Shown: one piece after another, positions 46,537-57,012 of the stretch
Numbering within the stretch: the stretch's first letter is position 1
How the letters are laid out: every line of letters starts with the position of its first letter
From: a bacterium
GTDB lineage: Bacteria > Electryoneota > Electryoneia > Electryoneales > Electryoneaceae
NCBI GenBank assembly: GCA_963675295.2
Contig: CAXXKJ010000002.1
Location: forward strand, 4,160,001 to 4,224,000
DNA: 64,000 nucleotides
Direction of reading: 5' to 3'
Made by a program: the position numbers and the translations under genes
Notes under the pieces: model-generated
Seen by the model: only the letters and a program-made list of their open reading frames with translations
The model's database searches: none
What the model was told of the DNA's origin: nothing

Positions 46537-48628
46537 CGTGTTTTTTTGTTTTTGTTTCGCCGTAGAAGTGTTTCTTCCGCAGGATTTCGAAGCCGTACTT
46601 CTGTTTAGCACTGCGCGTTTCTTGATACGCTACCACGTGACTGTCTTGCAAACGACGGAAGTAATCCTGATGACGTTCAGGACGTAAACGCATTGACTTA
46701 AGCATCTCCCGGAATTCCATTTTCATGATATGGCTACCACCACCATGGGTTGCACCTTCGCCATCGACATAACCCAATACCAAGGCTTCAGCAACCAGAT
46801 CCGTTTCAGCTTCGATGTTTGTTTGTGCTGAATCGTAAAGGTCTTTTTCCAGATCCGTGATTGGGCATGGAATACCGTAGCGCGCTGTCGATGTCTGTCT
46901 TTGGGCTTCCCATTTCTTATGCCGTTTTTTCAGTTCAGTGCGCATGTAGTGACCAAATCGTTCACGAATTTCATCCTTGATGTGCGGATTCAGCTTCTTG
47001 ATCGCCGGCACCTTGTAGATGAAGAAATTGTTGTGATCTGGACTGGTTGGTTTTTCATCAGCAACCAGGAATACCGGCCTTGGTTCGTTGGTCGTCAGGA
47101 TGATGTTGGTGTTGTTACGTACACGGTACTGCGGCATGTATTTTTCGTTAACGGTCAGGAATTCGCTGCCGGTCACCCCTTTGATCTGCACGTACTGGCT
47201 TTTTTTGTTGATGTAGTTTTCTTCCACCATTAATAGTTTGTTCGTATAGAACGGGGTAAAATTTTGCTTGTCGCCATCCCAGTCAGAAGCCAGGTCAGGA
47301 AAAATGCTAGCAACGATTTCAGAAAAGGTTGTTTTACCGGTACCACGTTCACCTGTTAGCACTAAAACTGGTAGCTTTTGGTAGTTTGTGTAGCAGTACA
47401 AGGCAAGCCAGTTCTTGATGAAATCGCTATGCTGGTCAAAAAGACTATCCAACCATCGATCTACAAAAGCGTTATCTTTCTTGTCCACTTCTAGATCAGA
47501 CGGAATTTGTATCTGTAGACGACCAGTGTCGAAGTTCAGATCGTAGTCCACCTGGTTGAATGCTGCGCTGGCACGTCGTTCGACGGTAAATTCAGCGCTA
47601 GGTATGTTTCGTCTGCGGGACAGGAAGGTCTTAACATAGTCGCGGTTTCCTTTGCTGATGTAGTCATCGCGGACTTTCACCACATGGGCGTTGCTGTCCG
47701 TCACCTGCACGCGCATCAGTTTGTCTTCCAACATGAACATGCCGGGCTCGACAGGATCTTCGTAGAAGTAGTGTTGATCACCGACAGATTGGCAGTGGGA
47801 ACAGTTCATCTCGACAAAGCCCTTCTTCGTCAGTTGTACGAAAGCGGATGGGCTTTCCGAATTCAAATCATCACAAAACGGGCAGTAGCACGGCTGCTTG
47901 TGGTCCTTGCAGGTTTCCAGGTAAGGGCGTAAGGTTTCCAGTTTGAAACTGGTTCGCTTGTTGGGCAAGACAACATCCATGTCATGTCCGATGTATCGAT
48001 ACTTACCTGCCGGTTGTGCGTTTCCATTGGACGCCTGAACAGCTTTTTCCCTGGCTACTTTTTCCACTTCATCCAGCGGCACCTGGAACCAGATACCTTC
48101 CGTATTCACCTTTAGAATGAAACGATCCGGATTCGGGTTCACATTGGGATATAGCTTCATGTGGCGAGCAAATACACCAGAATCAAACTGCGGGAAGCGT
48201 TTCTTCGCCCAGCCGTAGACTTTGTCGGCCTCATCTGGATCCGTGAAGTACAGACCATTTTGCGGATCAAATGGCAGGATCACCCGGAAACGGGGCTGAA
48301 CCCCACGATGATCAGGCTTGTCTTCCAGATGGTTTGTTGATGTGTACAGGATGTAGTTGTGGTCCTTGAACTGTGCTTCGGCAGCTTCAATGGAAATCAA
48401 TCCATCGTCCGCATCAAGTGCTAGCCCTACCATTCCCTGGTAGCTTTCCTTACCACAATTCTGATCTGGATCCCACACGTTGGTTGCGTGGGCGTAGCTG
48501 CTGAATAGTGTTTCTAAGGCGGGTCGATCTAGCAGGTTTACTGATTCAAGCTTGAATCTTGTTACATTGTTGCCATCAGATTTTGTTTGTAATTTCTTTT
48601 CCTTATTAATAGAAAGTCTAATTTCCAT
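46514..48628 (-). CDS. AEP primase-polymerase + Zn-finger + SF3 (DUF5906/NrS-1-like) helicase
   Basis: LALDADDG, YTSTNH, RFRVILPF; CPFCDD..CSHC; GERGTGKTT, LMVEE, VNEKY.P.Y, ILTTN. Confidence 0.85.
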   Translation of the reverse strand: MEIRLSINKEKKLQTKSDGNNVTRFKLESVNLLDRPALETLFSSYAHATNVWDPDQNCGKESYQGMVGLALDADDGLISIEAAEAQFKDHNYILYTSTNHLEDKPDHRGVQPRFRVILPFDPQNGLYFTDPDEADKVYGWAKKRFPQFDSGVFARHMKLYPNVNPNPDRFILKVNTEGIWFQVPLDEVEKVAREKAVQASNGNAQPAGKYRYIGHDMDVVLPNKRTSFKLETLRPYLETCKDHKQPCYCPFCDDLNSESPSAFVQLTKKGFVEMNCSHCQSVGDQHYFYEDPVEPGMFMLEDKLMRVQVTDSNAHVVKVRDDYISKGNRDYVKTFLSRRRNIPSAEFTVERRASAAFNQVDYDLNFDTGRLQIQIPSDLEVDKKDNAFVDRWLDSLFDQHSDFIKNWLALYCYTNYQKLPVLVLTGERGTGKTTFSEIVASIFPDLASDWDGDKQNFTPFYTNKLLMVEENYINKKSQYVQIKGVTGSEFLTVNEKYMPQYRVRNNTNIILTTNEPRPVFLVADEKPTSPDHNNFFIYKVPAIKKLNPHIKDEIRERFGHYMRTELKKRHKKWEAQRQTSTARYGIPCPITDLEKDLYDSAQTNIEAETDLVAEALVLGYVDGEGATHGGGSHIMKMEFREMLKSMRLRPERHQDYFRRLQDSHVVAYQETRSAKQKYGFEILRKKHFYGETKTKKHDDQNDRK

Positions 48629-48797
48629 ATTTTTTCCTTTGGTTTAACCTTTGATATCCCATAGATCATAATATTCATCTTCATATCTTTCGTTTTCTTC
48701 CTGATAGTCTTGCATACATGCTGCATACCAGTCTTCTTCGTTGTCATACATATTTCCTTCAAGCCATTCTGGCTTTTTCTTCTTAACTACTTTTTCA

Positions 48798-49004
48798 TCA
48801 TTCTGCTTTTTCCATTTCATAGAAAATCCTTGGTTTGTTATCGTTCAAATAGTAGATACGCTTGATGTGATCAACTTGTCGTCGACTGATACCGTATCTG
48901 TTCTGGATGTAGCGCCGTGATAAATCCATATCCAGGGCACGGCATACATTGCTACAAAGTCTTGTGTCTTCCAGTACTTCCGCTGTCGTGGTATGTAGTC
49001 CCAT
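48798..49004 (-). CDS. Small HTH protein (Cro-like position)
   Basis: LSRRYIQNRYGISRRQVDHIKR; RBS AAGGA; divergent from XRE gene. Confidence 0.55.
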   Translation of the reverse strand: MGLHTTTAEVLEDTRLCSNVCRALDMDLSRRYIQNRYGISRRQVDHIKRIYYLNDNKPRIFYEMEKAE

Positions 49005-49565
49005 AAGTTTTGTCCTTGATTTGTTTCACTTACACATCAGTTTCGATTCAAATTGTCCCGACAAAAACCGCCGTAGCGGTATCTGCCGTAGACTTTCAAT
49101 TCTGGAAAAGATATGTAATATCTGACAATTATATTATAACATTTTTCGGCATATTTGTCAATAGCCGGTCAGAAATATTTTCTGGGTCTCCTCGGCCATT
49201 CAATCTTTCATTTGTATCCTATACCCCTATTGAAGAGTGCAGGATGCCACTGCCACAACCGTTGTCAAGTTTGGATTTCAGCGAAGACGCAGGGCATAAA
49301 AACCGCGGATTGCACCGTTTGAATTTCAGCAGAAACTCTGAAAAAACTGGATGAGACTTCCAAGACAAGTCCATAAAAAAATTACATTTACTATAATTAT
49401 TATGTTTTATATGAATTTCGAATCCGTTTCTGAAACTACCCTCTATCTAGGGGCGAAGAGTCTCCCTGCCAGCCTCCCAGAGTCGACTGACAGATTACAC
49501 TTGCGTAGGGGACACTTATGGCGATAGTATTGAGTGTCTTATGTCCCCTCAATATCAGGAGTCAC

Positions 49566-50369
49566 ATGACCATGTTCGACAGACCTGAACGAGACCGCTC
49601 GCTTACAGCCAAGTTCTTGAGCACCCTTCGTGATAAATTGGCCTATACCCAGGAAGAGATGGCAGAGCTTTTCGGTGTTTCCAAAAAAACGTATGCAAGA
49701 TGGGAGCGTGGCAACTATGCACCCAAACCTTCGATCTTGTATCCATCCCTTGCAGCACTTCTGCTGACTGGTTCAGCGTCAACTTCGATAAAGAACGTAA
49801 TAAGAGATTTTATTGGAAAAGAATCCTTACCATTTGACATCAGAGCTAGATTGAGGGCTGGCGATTCGAAATCAGGTCCTAATTTGCTTGATAAAAGCAA
49901 AAAACAGTCCATCATTATCATGAAGAAAGGATCTACGCCCCCAGAAAAATATGAAATGAACAGTATTGGAATGTGGGGCTTTGGCCCAATAGATTATGAT
50001 TATATCACGTTTGAACTATTTCAGAATACTTCAAAAGGAGATATACTGTTATTGAAATTTATCATACCATCACAAGGATTACGACATAACAATAACACAC
50101 AGTCACAAGGTCATTCAAAAGCAGTACAGGCTATTTTAAGTCGAGATGCGATTGTAGCCTCACAAACTATTAATTCAATAGTGTATGATAACAATGATAT
50201 CGACAAAAAAGTATATTTTTATTCTTTTCAATTGGAAACAAAGCTCTTGCCGAGCCATATACTATACTATAAAGTAGAGATAGTTAAATTCATAGAATCC
50301 GAAAAGGAAGAAGAACCTTTTGACAAAATTGTAATTTGGAGCGCTGAAGGAAACATTGAAATACAGTAG
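49566..50369 (+). CDS. XRE-family HTH regulator with unknown C-terminal domain
   Basis: LRDKLAYTQEEMAELFGVSKKTYARWERG; RBS AGGAG. Confidence 0.8.
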   Translation: MTMFDRPERDRSLTAKFLSTLRDKLAYTQEEMAELFGVSKKTYARWERGNYAPKPSILYPSLAALLLTGSASTSIKNVIRDFIGKESLPFDIRARLRAGDSKSGPNLLDKSKKQSIIIMKKGSTPPEKYEMNSIGMWGFGPIDYDYITFELFQNTSKGDILLLKFIIPSQGLRHNNNTQSQGHSKAVQAILSRDAIVASQTINSIVYDNNDIDKKVYFYSFQLETKLLPSHILYYKVEIVKFIESEKEEEPFDKIVIWSAEGNIEIQ

Positions 50370-50452
50370 ATAAAAGACCCACACCATTTCGCCCATGGTG
50401 TGGGTCACAAGCTAGAACGGAGCTTACGCTCCGAACACAGAAAGGAAATATC

Positions 50453-51034
50453 ATGAAAGAAAGTAAGAAACGCAACTTTGGAGGATCAGATCTCCTTGGT
50501 AGGCAGAGCGAATTGCCAAACCCTAACCACAGCCTGGTGACTGTGATACCGGCCGAGATAGAATCGCTCCTTGCAGAGCAGGGATTTGTGACTCTATCAC
50601 AGCTATACGATCGACTTCCGCGCAACCGTGAAAACGGACGGAGACTCATTGGGTTCAACACGCTGTGTGAATATGCCCGGATTGGTTTGATGAAAACACG
50701 GGTGCTAAACCGCAAGAACATGCGCGTGTTGGACCGGGACATGGTTGAGTGGTTTTTCAGGGTACTACCAACCGGACAGCGGGAGTTTCAACTGATCCAC
50801 GAGAGCTTTCGGGATAACCACTGGTATATAGGTGAGTCGGATGAGTTCAACAAGCCGGCGGGTAGATCCCGGGCTGAAAACCTAAGACTGCACAGAGAAA
50901 GGGAAAAACTCGCGACCAAGTATTGTAACCTCGTTAACGATATCCTGCCTGACTTGGAAGAAAATCGGCTCAGCGAAGACGATGTCCTGGAAAGCCTTAA
51001 GCCACTTGAATCCGAAGTTCGCCAGCTGGTATAA
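50453..51034 (+). CDS. Hypothetical protein upstream of integrase
   Basis: 193-aa ORF with RBS AAGGA. Confidence 0.6.
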   Translation: MKESKKRNFGGSDLLGRQSELPNPNHSLVTVIPAEIESLLAEQGFVTLSQLYDRLPRNRENGRRLIGFNTLCEYARIGLMKTRVLNRKNMRVLDRDMVEWFFRVLPTGQREFQLIHESFRDNHWYIGESDEFNKPAGRSRAENLRLHREREKLATKYCNLVNDILPDLEENRLSEDDVLESLKPLESEVRQLV

Positions 51035-51063
51035 GAACATGTAAGCGAACCGAGGAGACGATT

Positions 51064-52119
51064 ATGGCTTGGCTAGAGCGGAAGGAAACGAAATCCGGAC
51101 GCAGAACTTGGTACGTCCGATTCTGGAAACCGGACGGAAGCAAGGGCTCAAAAGCCCTGGGTGTAGGATTGACGAAGCGCGAAGCCCAGCAATTAATGCT
51201 GGATTTTGAACGGAAACAGGCACTTGTTGCGGCAGGTCTGGTTACTCCAGACACCATGGACTGCTCATTGAACGAATTTGTGAAAATGCACCATACGTTT
51301 TCGAAAGCCAACAAGGCAGAGAGCACGGTACTTCGCGACGACAATACCCTTCGAAATCTGATGACCTTCGCGGGTAGTAAGATTCAGGTAAAGGAGATAA
51401 ATCGGTGGATAATCGACGATTACGTCGCACACAGGCTGGAGAGAGTCAAGCCTGGAACGGTGAATCTTGAGATTCGACATCTGAAAGCTGCATTCAACCA
51501 GGCCGTTCGGTGGGATTTGATCGGGGACAATCCGTTTAAAGGTGTTAAGCAGATCAGAATTCCACAATCCGACGTTCCGAAATTCCTTGATCAAGGACAG
51601 ATCGAGCAACTCTTAGCTGTAATGGTGTCAGATCCGTTACTGCCCTTAGTAAGATTCTATCTATTTACGGGCGCCAGACTTCGCGAAGGTGTTTATCTAC
51701 GGGGAGACGATCTTGATTTTGACCGCAAGATTATTCTGTTCCGTGGTCGTTGGACGAAAAGCAAACGCAATAGAATCCTACCTTTCGGCCAACTCCCCGA
51801 GTTAGAATCATTGCTGCTTGGGCAAAGTCCCAAACAGGATTTCCCAGTATTCCACTCGGTAAAGGGATCTGACACCATGTGGAACATTCATTGGGTGGGG
51901 CACAGGATCAGCGAAATGTTTAACAGGATCGGCATCCCTTGGGCAACTACGCATACCCTCAGGCACACCTTCGCTTCGCATTTGGTAATGCAGGGCGTAG
52001 AGCTTTTCACTGTTTCTAGGCTGCTGGGGCACTCTTCCGTCACGATTACCGAGCGGCATTACGCACACCTAGCACCTGGTCATGCAGAACGGGCAATCGC
52101 GAAGCTCCCTTATCGCTAG
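51064..52119 (+). CDS. Tyrosine recombinase/integrase
   Basis: TGARLRE, TKSKR, HTLRHTFAS, LLGHS, HYAH; N-terminal arm-binding-like WYVRFW. Confidence 0.95.
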   Translation: MAWLERKETKSGRRTWYVRFWKPDGSKGSKALGVGLTKREAQQLMLDFERKQALVAAGLVTPDTMDCSLNEFVKMHHTFSKANKAESTVLRDDNTLRNLMTFAGSKIQVKEINRWIIDDYVAHRLERVKPGTVNLEIRHLKAAFNQAVRWDLIGDNPFKGVKQIRIPQSDVPKFLDQGQIEQLLAVMVSDPLLPLVRFYLFTGARLREGVYLRGDDLDFDRKIILFRGRWTKSKRNRILPFGQLPELESLLLGQSPKQDFPVFHSVKGSDTMWNIHWVGHRISEMFNRIGIPWATTHTLRHTFASHLVMQGVELFTVSRLLGHSSVTITERHYAHLAPGHAERAIAKLPYR

Positions 52120-52126
52120 CGCGGCA

Positions 52127-52147
52127 ATGCCCACCTATTGCCCACCA
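52127..52147 (+). promoter_or_regulatory. Putative integrase arm-type binding site (right end)
   Basis: ATGCCCACCTATTGCCCACCA identical to 26173-26193. Confidence 0.75.
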
Positions 52148-52155
52148 GCACAGAA

Positions 52156-52186
52156 AGGGGGTTAACGCTATTAAGCGTAAACCCCT
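52156..52186. terminator. Element-supplied terminator next to att
   Basis: AGGGGGTTAACGC-TATTAA-GCGTAAACCCCT hairpin. Confidence 0.65.
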
Positions 52187-52193
52187 GTTTTTA

Positions 52194-52236
52194 CTAGTGC
52201 GCCATCAGGGACTTGAACCCCGAACCTGCGGATTAA
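52194..52236 (-). repeat. Middle att site: 43-bp copy of tRNA-Lys 3' half
   Basis: CTAGTGCGCC...GCGGATTAA identical to 63134-63176, diverges at the anticodon loop. Confidence 0.93.
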
Positions 52237-52465
52237 TAGACTTATGCTCTGCAAAAGCCGATTTATCTTTATATGTACTTATATATTAGATAAATAATAT
52301 AGGCGTATCAGGCAGTTTCTTCTTGACAAGATGAGATCCATAATTCTGCAGGAGCTCTCTTCTCCTCCCCCGATTGCACCCTGAGTTTCGCTCGCCTTAC
52401 TCGACCACACATTTTGTCACAGGTGGCATTAACAATCTCTGTGATTTCGAGGACAAGCACAAAAC

Positions 52466-53011
52466 ATGGCCTTAGATCTGGTACTGCGATTACGTGATGG
52501 TGATGAAGAAGCGTTCCGCGAACTATTTCTGTCGTATGTACGGGTGCTCATCAGCTTTGTCTACGGAATCGTTCACGACCTACCCATTGCAGAAAACATC
52601 GTCCAGGATGTCTTTGTCGAACTCTGGAACCGGCGGCGATCGCTGAATCCCAATTCGAGCATCCGCCCCTACCTCTACACAATCGCGAAGAATAAAGCTT
52701 TCAAGCATCTGAGGCACAAAGATGTTGAACGCCGACATGCAGATGAAACAAGTCAAAGTGACCTGTTCGAACCCTCCCCAGAGCATTCTGTCATCTCCGA
52801 AGAAAGAATCGCTGCGATTCACGCTGCCATCGATGCTCTACCTGAGAAATGCAAGCTTGTCTTCAAGATGAACCGTTTCCAGGATCTAAGCTATGCTGAG
52901 ATCGCTGAGGTGCTGGATATTTCAAAGAAGACTGTAGAAGCCCACATGAGCCGTGCCCTGCGAGAACTGCGCGACAAGCTCGGGCATTTGTTTGTCCTGC
53001 TATTCCTCTAA
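52466..53011 (+). CDS. ECF sigma-70 factor (FecI/Bacteroidetes-type)
   Basis: GDEEAFRELF, AENIVQDVFVELW, LPEKCKLVF.MNR...SYAEIAEVLDISKKTVE. Confidence 0.92.
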   Translation: MALDLVLRLRDGDEEAFRELFLSYVRVLISFVYGIVHDLPIAENIVQDVFVELWNRRRSLNPNSSIRPYLYTIAKNKAFKHLRHKDVERRHADETSQSDLFEPSPEHSVISEERIAAIHAAIDALPEKCKLVFKMNRFQDLSYAEIAEVLDISKKTVEAHMSRALRELRDKLGHLFVLLFL

Positions 53012-53145
53012 TCGTCCAGAAGCGTCAAACCACCCACCAGTAATCCTGTCTGCCATGTCGAGTCTCCCTGCTCTCCTGGAGACTAAGGGTATTCTCTGCC
53101 TAAGGGGTACCACCAATAGAACCCGGGATTTGCAGGAGTTGAGTC

Positions 53146-54159
53146 ATGAACCATGAGATCGATCTTGAATTGCTGGCGAAGTACTTGTCCGGCGAATGTT
53201 CGGACCAGGAAGTGAATGATGTTGAAACGTGGATGGCCCTTGATGAGGAAAACCGACAGTCAGTCGAACAGTTGCGTCAAATCTGGGAGACACCTCCGCC
53301 GGATATCGCCGCATCAAGTGATATCGAACGGATGTGGGAAGAGGTCGCCGACCAGACTAGCCGCAAATCTGACAGGACTGCCAGCCGATCCACCAAGGTC
53401 ATTCCACTGTTCAGCAGTAAGGTGCTTCGCTATGCGGCCGCCATTGCGATACTGGTCATTCTGAGCGTGACGATGATTCAAACGATCCCAACACTGCTGA
53501 CTACTGGTGAAACTCAACTGGCTGAGTTGACCATTCCGAACGCAAACCAGGATAGCATCACTTTAGCTGATGGTACCGTGGTCACCTTGGACGCGGGTTC
53601 AACCCTTCGCTATCCGAAATCGTTCGTTGGCCGAACGCGCGAGGTTGAGTTGAACGGCGAAGCCTATTTCGATGTTGCACCTGACCAAGACAAACCGTTC
53701 ACAATAAAAACTGCGCTGGGGCGTGTTCAGGTTCTGGGTACAGAGTTTTCCGTGCGTGGTTGGGACAAGAACGAACCACTGCGGGTTGTTGTTGCTGAGG
53801 GCAAGGTTTCACTCGCTTCAAAAACTGACCTGTCTCAACCGGTGATTCTCACGGCTGGACTGGAAAGCGCCGTATGGAGTGGAATGATACCTACTGAACC
53901 TCGAGAAGCTGACCTCAGCACCGAATTCAGTTGGATGCAGGGTGTCCGGATTTACAGCGGGCATACGGTCCAAACGGTCATCTTCGACATGCAGCGCTGG
54001 TATGACCTCAATATCGATTTTGTTGACAGTGATCTGCTTTCAGAGCGAGTCTCACTGCGAATCGAACGCGACAGTCAAACGGAAGCGCTTGATTTGATGG
54101 CTGTCCTGACAGGTACCAGTTGGATTCAAACACAAGAAGGTGTGCAATTCACCAGGTAG
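53146..54159 (+). CDS. FecR-family anti-sigma/transducer
   Basis: LADGTVVTLDAGSTLRYP, REVELNGEAYFDV, VLGTEFSV. Confidence 0.92.
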   Translation: MNHEIDLELLAKYLSGECSDQEVNDVETWMALDEENRQSVEQLRQIWETPPPDIAASSDIERMWEEVADQTSRKSDRTASRSTKVIPLFSSKVLRYAAAIAILVILSVTMIQTIPTLLTTGETQLAELTIPNANQDSITLADGTVVTLDAGSTLRYPKSFVGRTREVELNGEAYFDVAPDQDKPFTIKTALGRVQVLGTEFSVRGWDKNEPLRVVVAEGKVSLASKTDLSQPVILTAGLESAVWSGMIPTEPREADLSTEFSWMQGVRIYSGHTVQTVIFDMQRWYDLNIDFVDSDLLSERVSLRIERDSQTEALDLMAVLTGTSWIQTQEGVQFTR

Positions 54160-54194
54160 TAGATCGCTACCTGTGAATCCAGGGGAGTTGTGTC

Positions 54195-56909
54195 ATGAAA
54201 CAGCTCGATCGACAAGTGCCATTGTTCATCTTGATCCTGTTGTTAACAGCCGGGATGGCTTTCCCACAGCAGGTACTCACAGGTGCTGACTTTATCCGAG
54301 TTGAGCCAGATGATGTTGTTATTCCGGAATCGCTGCTGAAGACGGTTGACCTGAATCTCGAGCGGGTAACGTTCGGCCAGGCACTAAGTGAGATCGCAGA
54401 ACTAGGTGGTCTGGCTTTCAATTTCAATCATGACAGAATCCCAGTTGAAGAACGGATCATTTTAAAGGTTCAGCAGACGCGGATAATCGACGCTTTGATC
54501 AAGCTAATGAGTAAGACGAATACGCATTTGGTCATTACCTCCGCTAAAGATTTCGCGATCGTCCCGGATGTTCTGGAAGAGCTGGAAACGCAGCCGATTC
54601 GCGGCACACTGGAAGATGCTGAAACAGGGGAACCCGTTCCGGCTGGGACGATCCAGGTTCTGGGTCTCGGCTTGGCGGCCGCTACAGACATCGAAGGCAG
54701 ATATGAGTTTCCAGCGCTGGCGGAGGGTGTGTATGCCCTTTCGATTCGACATTTGGGTTATGAACCGCTGGTTGTGGATGTGTACCACGGAAACGGCCAT
54801 TTCGAGTCATCCTACACAATCAAACTGCAACCTACTGTCTTGAACCTGAGCGATGTTACCATAACGCCCGGTAGTTTCTCATTCATGGATGTTTCGCCAG
54901 CGAGCCCGCAGACTTTGACACGTGAGGATATCGAAACAGTTCCACAATTCGGCGAAGACATTTATCGCGCTGTGAAACGTTTACCCGGTCTTTCCTCTGG
55001 CGACTACGCAGCGCATTTCTCTGTACGCGGCGGTCGACCCGATGAAACACTGGTCATTTTCGATGGTCTGGAATTGCGTGAACCGTTTCATTTGAAAGAA
55101 TACCAGGATGGTGCGTTGAGCATCATCGACATCGAAGCAATTGACAATGTCAATTTGATGACGGGTGGTTTTCCGACCGAGTACGGAAATCGTATGAGTG
55201 GTGTATTTGACATCACCAGTCGCGATCCAAGGGAAGGTGAGAACAAGTACACGCTTGGTCTGAGCCTGATGAATGCTCGTGCAACGACAGAAGGCACATT
55301 CGCGAATGGGAAAGGTGCCTGGTTCACATCGGCGCGACGCGGGTATCTGGATGCTGTGCTGGGATTATTGAACGCGGACGATATTCCCAAGCCCGCGTAC
55401 TACGACATCTTCAGCAAGGTGCGCTATGACCTGAACGAAAACCATCGAATTAGTGTTAACCTGCTTCATTCTCGGGATCGGTTCACGTTCGATACCATAG
55501 CCACAACTGGCTACCTGGATACGATTGACACAAAAGAATACGCGGACAACACATATGGTAATTCCTACCTCTGGACGCGTCTTCAGTCGAAACTGCATGA
55601 TCAGGTGAGAGTGACAACCCTGCTTTCTGCCGGGTTGGTCACACAATCTCAATTTGGTTATGAACGATATACCAGGAATGATGAAGACATCTATTCCTTG
55701 GACGATAACCGCGATTACACTGTATACCAGGCGAAGCAGGACTGGCAGCTGGATGTAACAGAGTGGTTGATGTTCAAGACGGGCATCGACTTGAAACAGG
55801 AAGATGTGGACTACAAACTTGTCAGCACGGTTGGACAGAATCCCGACGATCCTTCTCCCGACTCCACTCAGCACTTTCCAGTTGTTACTGAAAACAACTA
55901 TGTCAGAGACAGCCGCTATATAGGTACCTATCTCGCGGCGAAAGTCAGACTATTTCCTGGTTTGTTTGCCGAAGCAGGCGCTCGATACGACCAGGCTGAC
56001 CATTCAAACGATGAAGATTTCAGCCCCCGCGCACATCTGATGTATTCCCCATTCCGAAACGGAACACTGCGATTCGGTTGGGGACAATACCGCCAGATTC
56101 ACAGCATTGAGCAGGTTGCTGAGCTGAATGGCGCGACAGAGTATTACCCATCCGAGCTTTCCGAACAATGGACCGTTGGTTATCAGCATAACTTTGATGA
56201 CGGTTCCAGGCTTCGGATCGAAGGATACGTGAAGGAAGTTCAGAATCCGCGTCCCCTGTTCCGGAACTGGAACGAGGGCATCAACTTCTTCAACGAAGTT
56301 GACGAGGATCGCATCTTCCTGGTCCCCGACAAGATGACCAGTCGGGGTGTTGAGCTCTACTTCACACGTAGTTTCGGCAGAACGTGGTCGTTTCAAGGTA
56401 GCTACGCTTTGGCTTTCCTGGAAGAAACCATAAGCACGGTTGACCTGGTAAATGAGCGTGGTACCCTCGAATTCGATCGCACACACGACCATCCTCGCGA
56501 TCAACGGCACGCCTTGTACCTCGATCTCGCCTGGCGTCCCAATCACCTGTGGACAGTCAGCGGCGCACTTGCCTATCACTCCGGGTGGCCGATCACCCTG
56601 GCCACGATGTATGAAGTTACGGATGAAGATGGTGAAATCGACTACACCGTCCGTCCGAACAAACTGTACGCGAACCGTCTGCCCGATTACTACCGTTTCG
56701 ATGTTCGAGTGACCCGCAGATACGCCATGACACATGGTGATCTGCGTGTCTTTCTCGAAGTCGCCAACCTGACCAATCACGAGAACATCTACAGCTATGA
56801 CTTCTACCGCAGCCCGGGTGTAAACGGCGGCAAGGTTTTCATCACTGAACCGGAGACATGGTTCACCATTCTCCCATCCTTTGGAGTGAGCTGGACCGGC
56901 AACCTGTAA
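54195..56909 (+). CDS. TonB-dependent transducer (N-terminal signalling-like extension)
   Basis: N-terminal extension, CarboxypepD_reg, FSVRGG.PDE...DG, TGGFPTEYGNRMSGV. Confidence 0.9.
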   Translation: MKQLDRQVPLFILILLLTAGMAFPQQVLTGADFIRVEPDDVVIPESLLKTVDLNLERVTFGQALSEIAELGGLAFNFNHDRIPVEERIILKVQQTRIIDALIKLMSKTNTHLVITSAKDFAIVPDVLEELETQPIRGTLEDAETGEPVPAGTIQVLGLGLAAATDIEGRYEFPALAEGVYALSIRHLGYEPLVVDVYHGNGHFESSYTIKLQPTVLNLSDVTITPGSFSFMDVSPASPQTLTREDIETVPQFGEDIYRAVKRLPGLSSGDYAAHFSVRGGRPDETLVIFDGLELREPFHLKEYQDGALSIIDIEAIDNVNLMTGGFPTEYGNRMSGVFDITSRDPREGENKYTLGLSLMNARATTEGTFANGKGAWFTSARRGYLDAVLGLLNADDIPKPAYYDIFSKVRYDLNENHRISVNLLHSRDRFTFDTIATTGYLDTIDTKEYADNTYGNSYLWTRLQSKLHDQVRVTTLLSAGLVTQSQFGYERYTRNDEDIYSLDDNRDYTVYQAKQDWQLDVTEWLMFKTGIDLKQEDVDYKLVSTVGQNPDDPSPDSTQHFPVVTENNYVRDSRYIGTYLAAKVRLFPGLFAEAGARYDQADHSNDEDFSPRAHLMYSPFRNGTLRFGWGQYRQIHSIEQVAELNGATEYYPSELSEQWTVGYQHNFDDGSRLRIEGYVKEVQNPRPLFRNWNEGINFFNEVDEDRIFLVPDKMTSRGVELYFTRSFGRTWSFQGSYALAFLEETISTVDLVNERGTLEFDRTHDHPRDQRHALYLDLAWRPNHLWTVSGALAYHSGWPITLATMYEVTDEDGEIDYTVRPNKLYANRLPDYYRFDVRVTRRYAMTHGDLRVFLEVANLTNHENIYSYDFYRSPGVNGGKVFITEPETWFTILPSFGVSWTGNL

Positions 56910-57012
56910 CAAAACTCTAAGTATATATAATTCAATAGGTTCGCGTCGATTTTGTCAGCGATACAAGGCCGAAGACTTGCCTGTTCGGAGCGAATCGAAA
57001 GGGGAGATTCAC

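Larger units (their letters stand above)
25979..52236. mobile_element. Island 1: ~26 kb integrative, satellite-like element at tRNA-Lys
   Basis: Flanking tRNA-derived direct repeats, integrase next to att, Xis-like gene, primase-helicase + ori, composition shift. Confidence 0.9.

Noticed and set aside
48643-48801. Acidic mini-ORF (KVVKKKKPEW...YDLWDIKG) between HTH and primase genes
   Set aside because: Needs one extra A in an A5 run to join its ATG; cannot separate decay from homopolymer error, so not called
25979-52236. Complete prophage or ICE
   Set aside because: No terminase, capsid, tail, lysis, relaxase, coupling protein or T4SS genes recognised
52194-52260. Second functional tRNA at the middle or distal att
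   Set aside because: Only the 3' half matches; the 5' acceptor strand and D-arm cannot form
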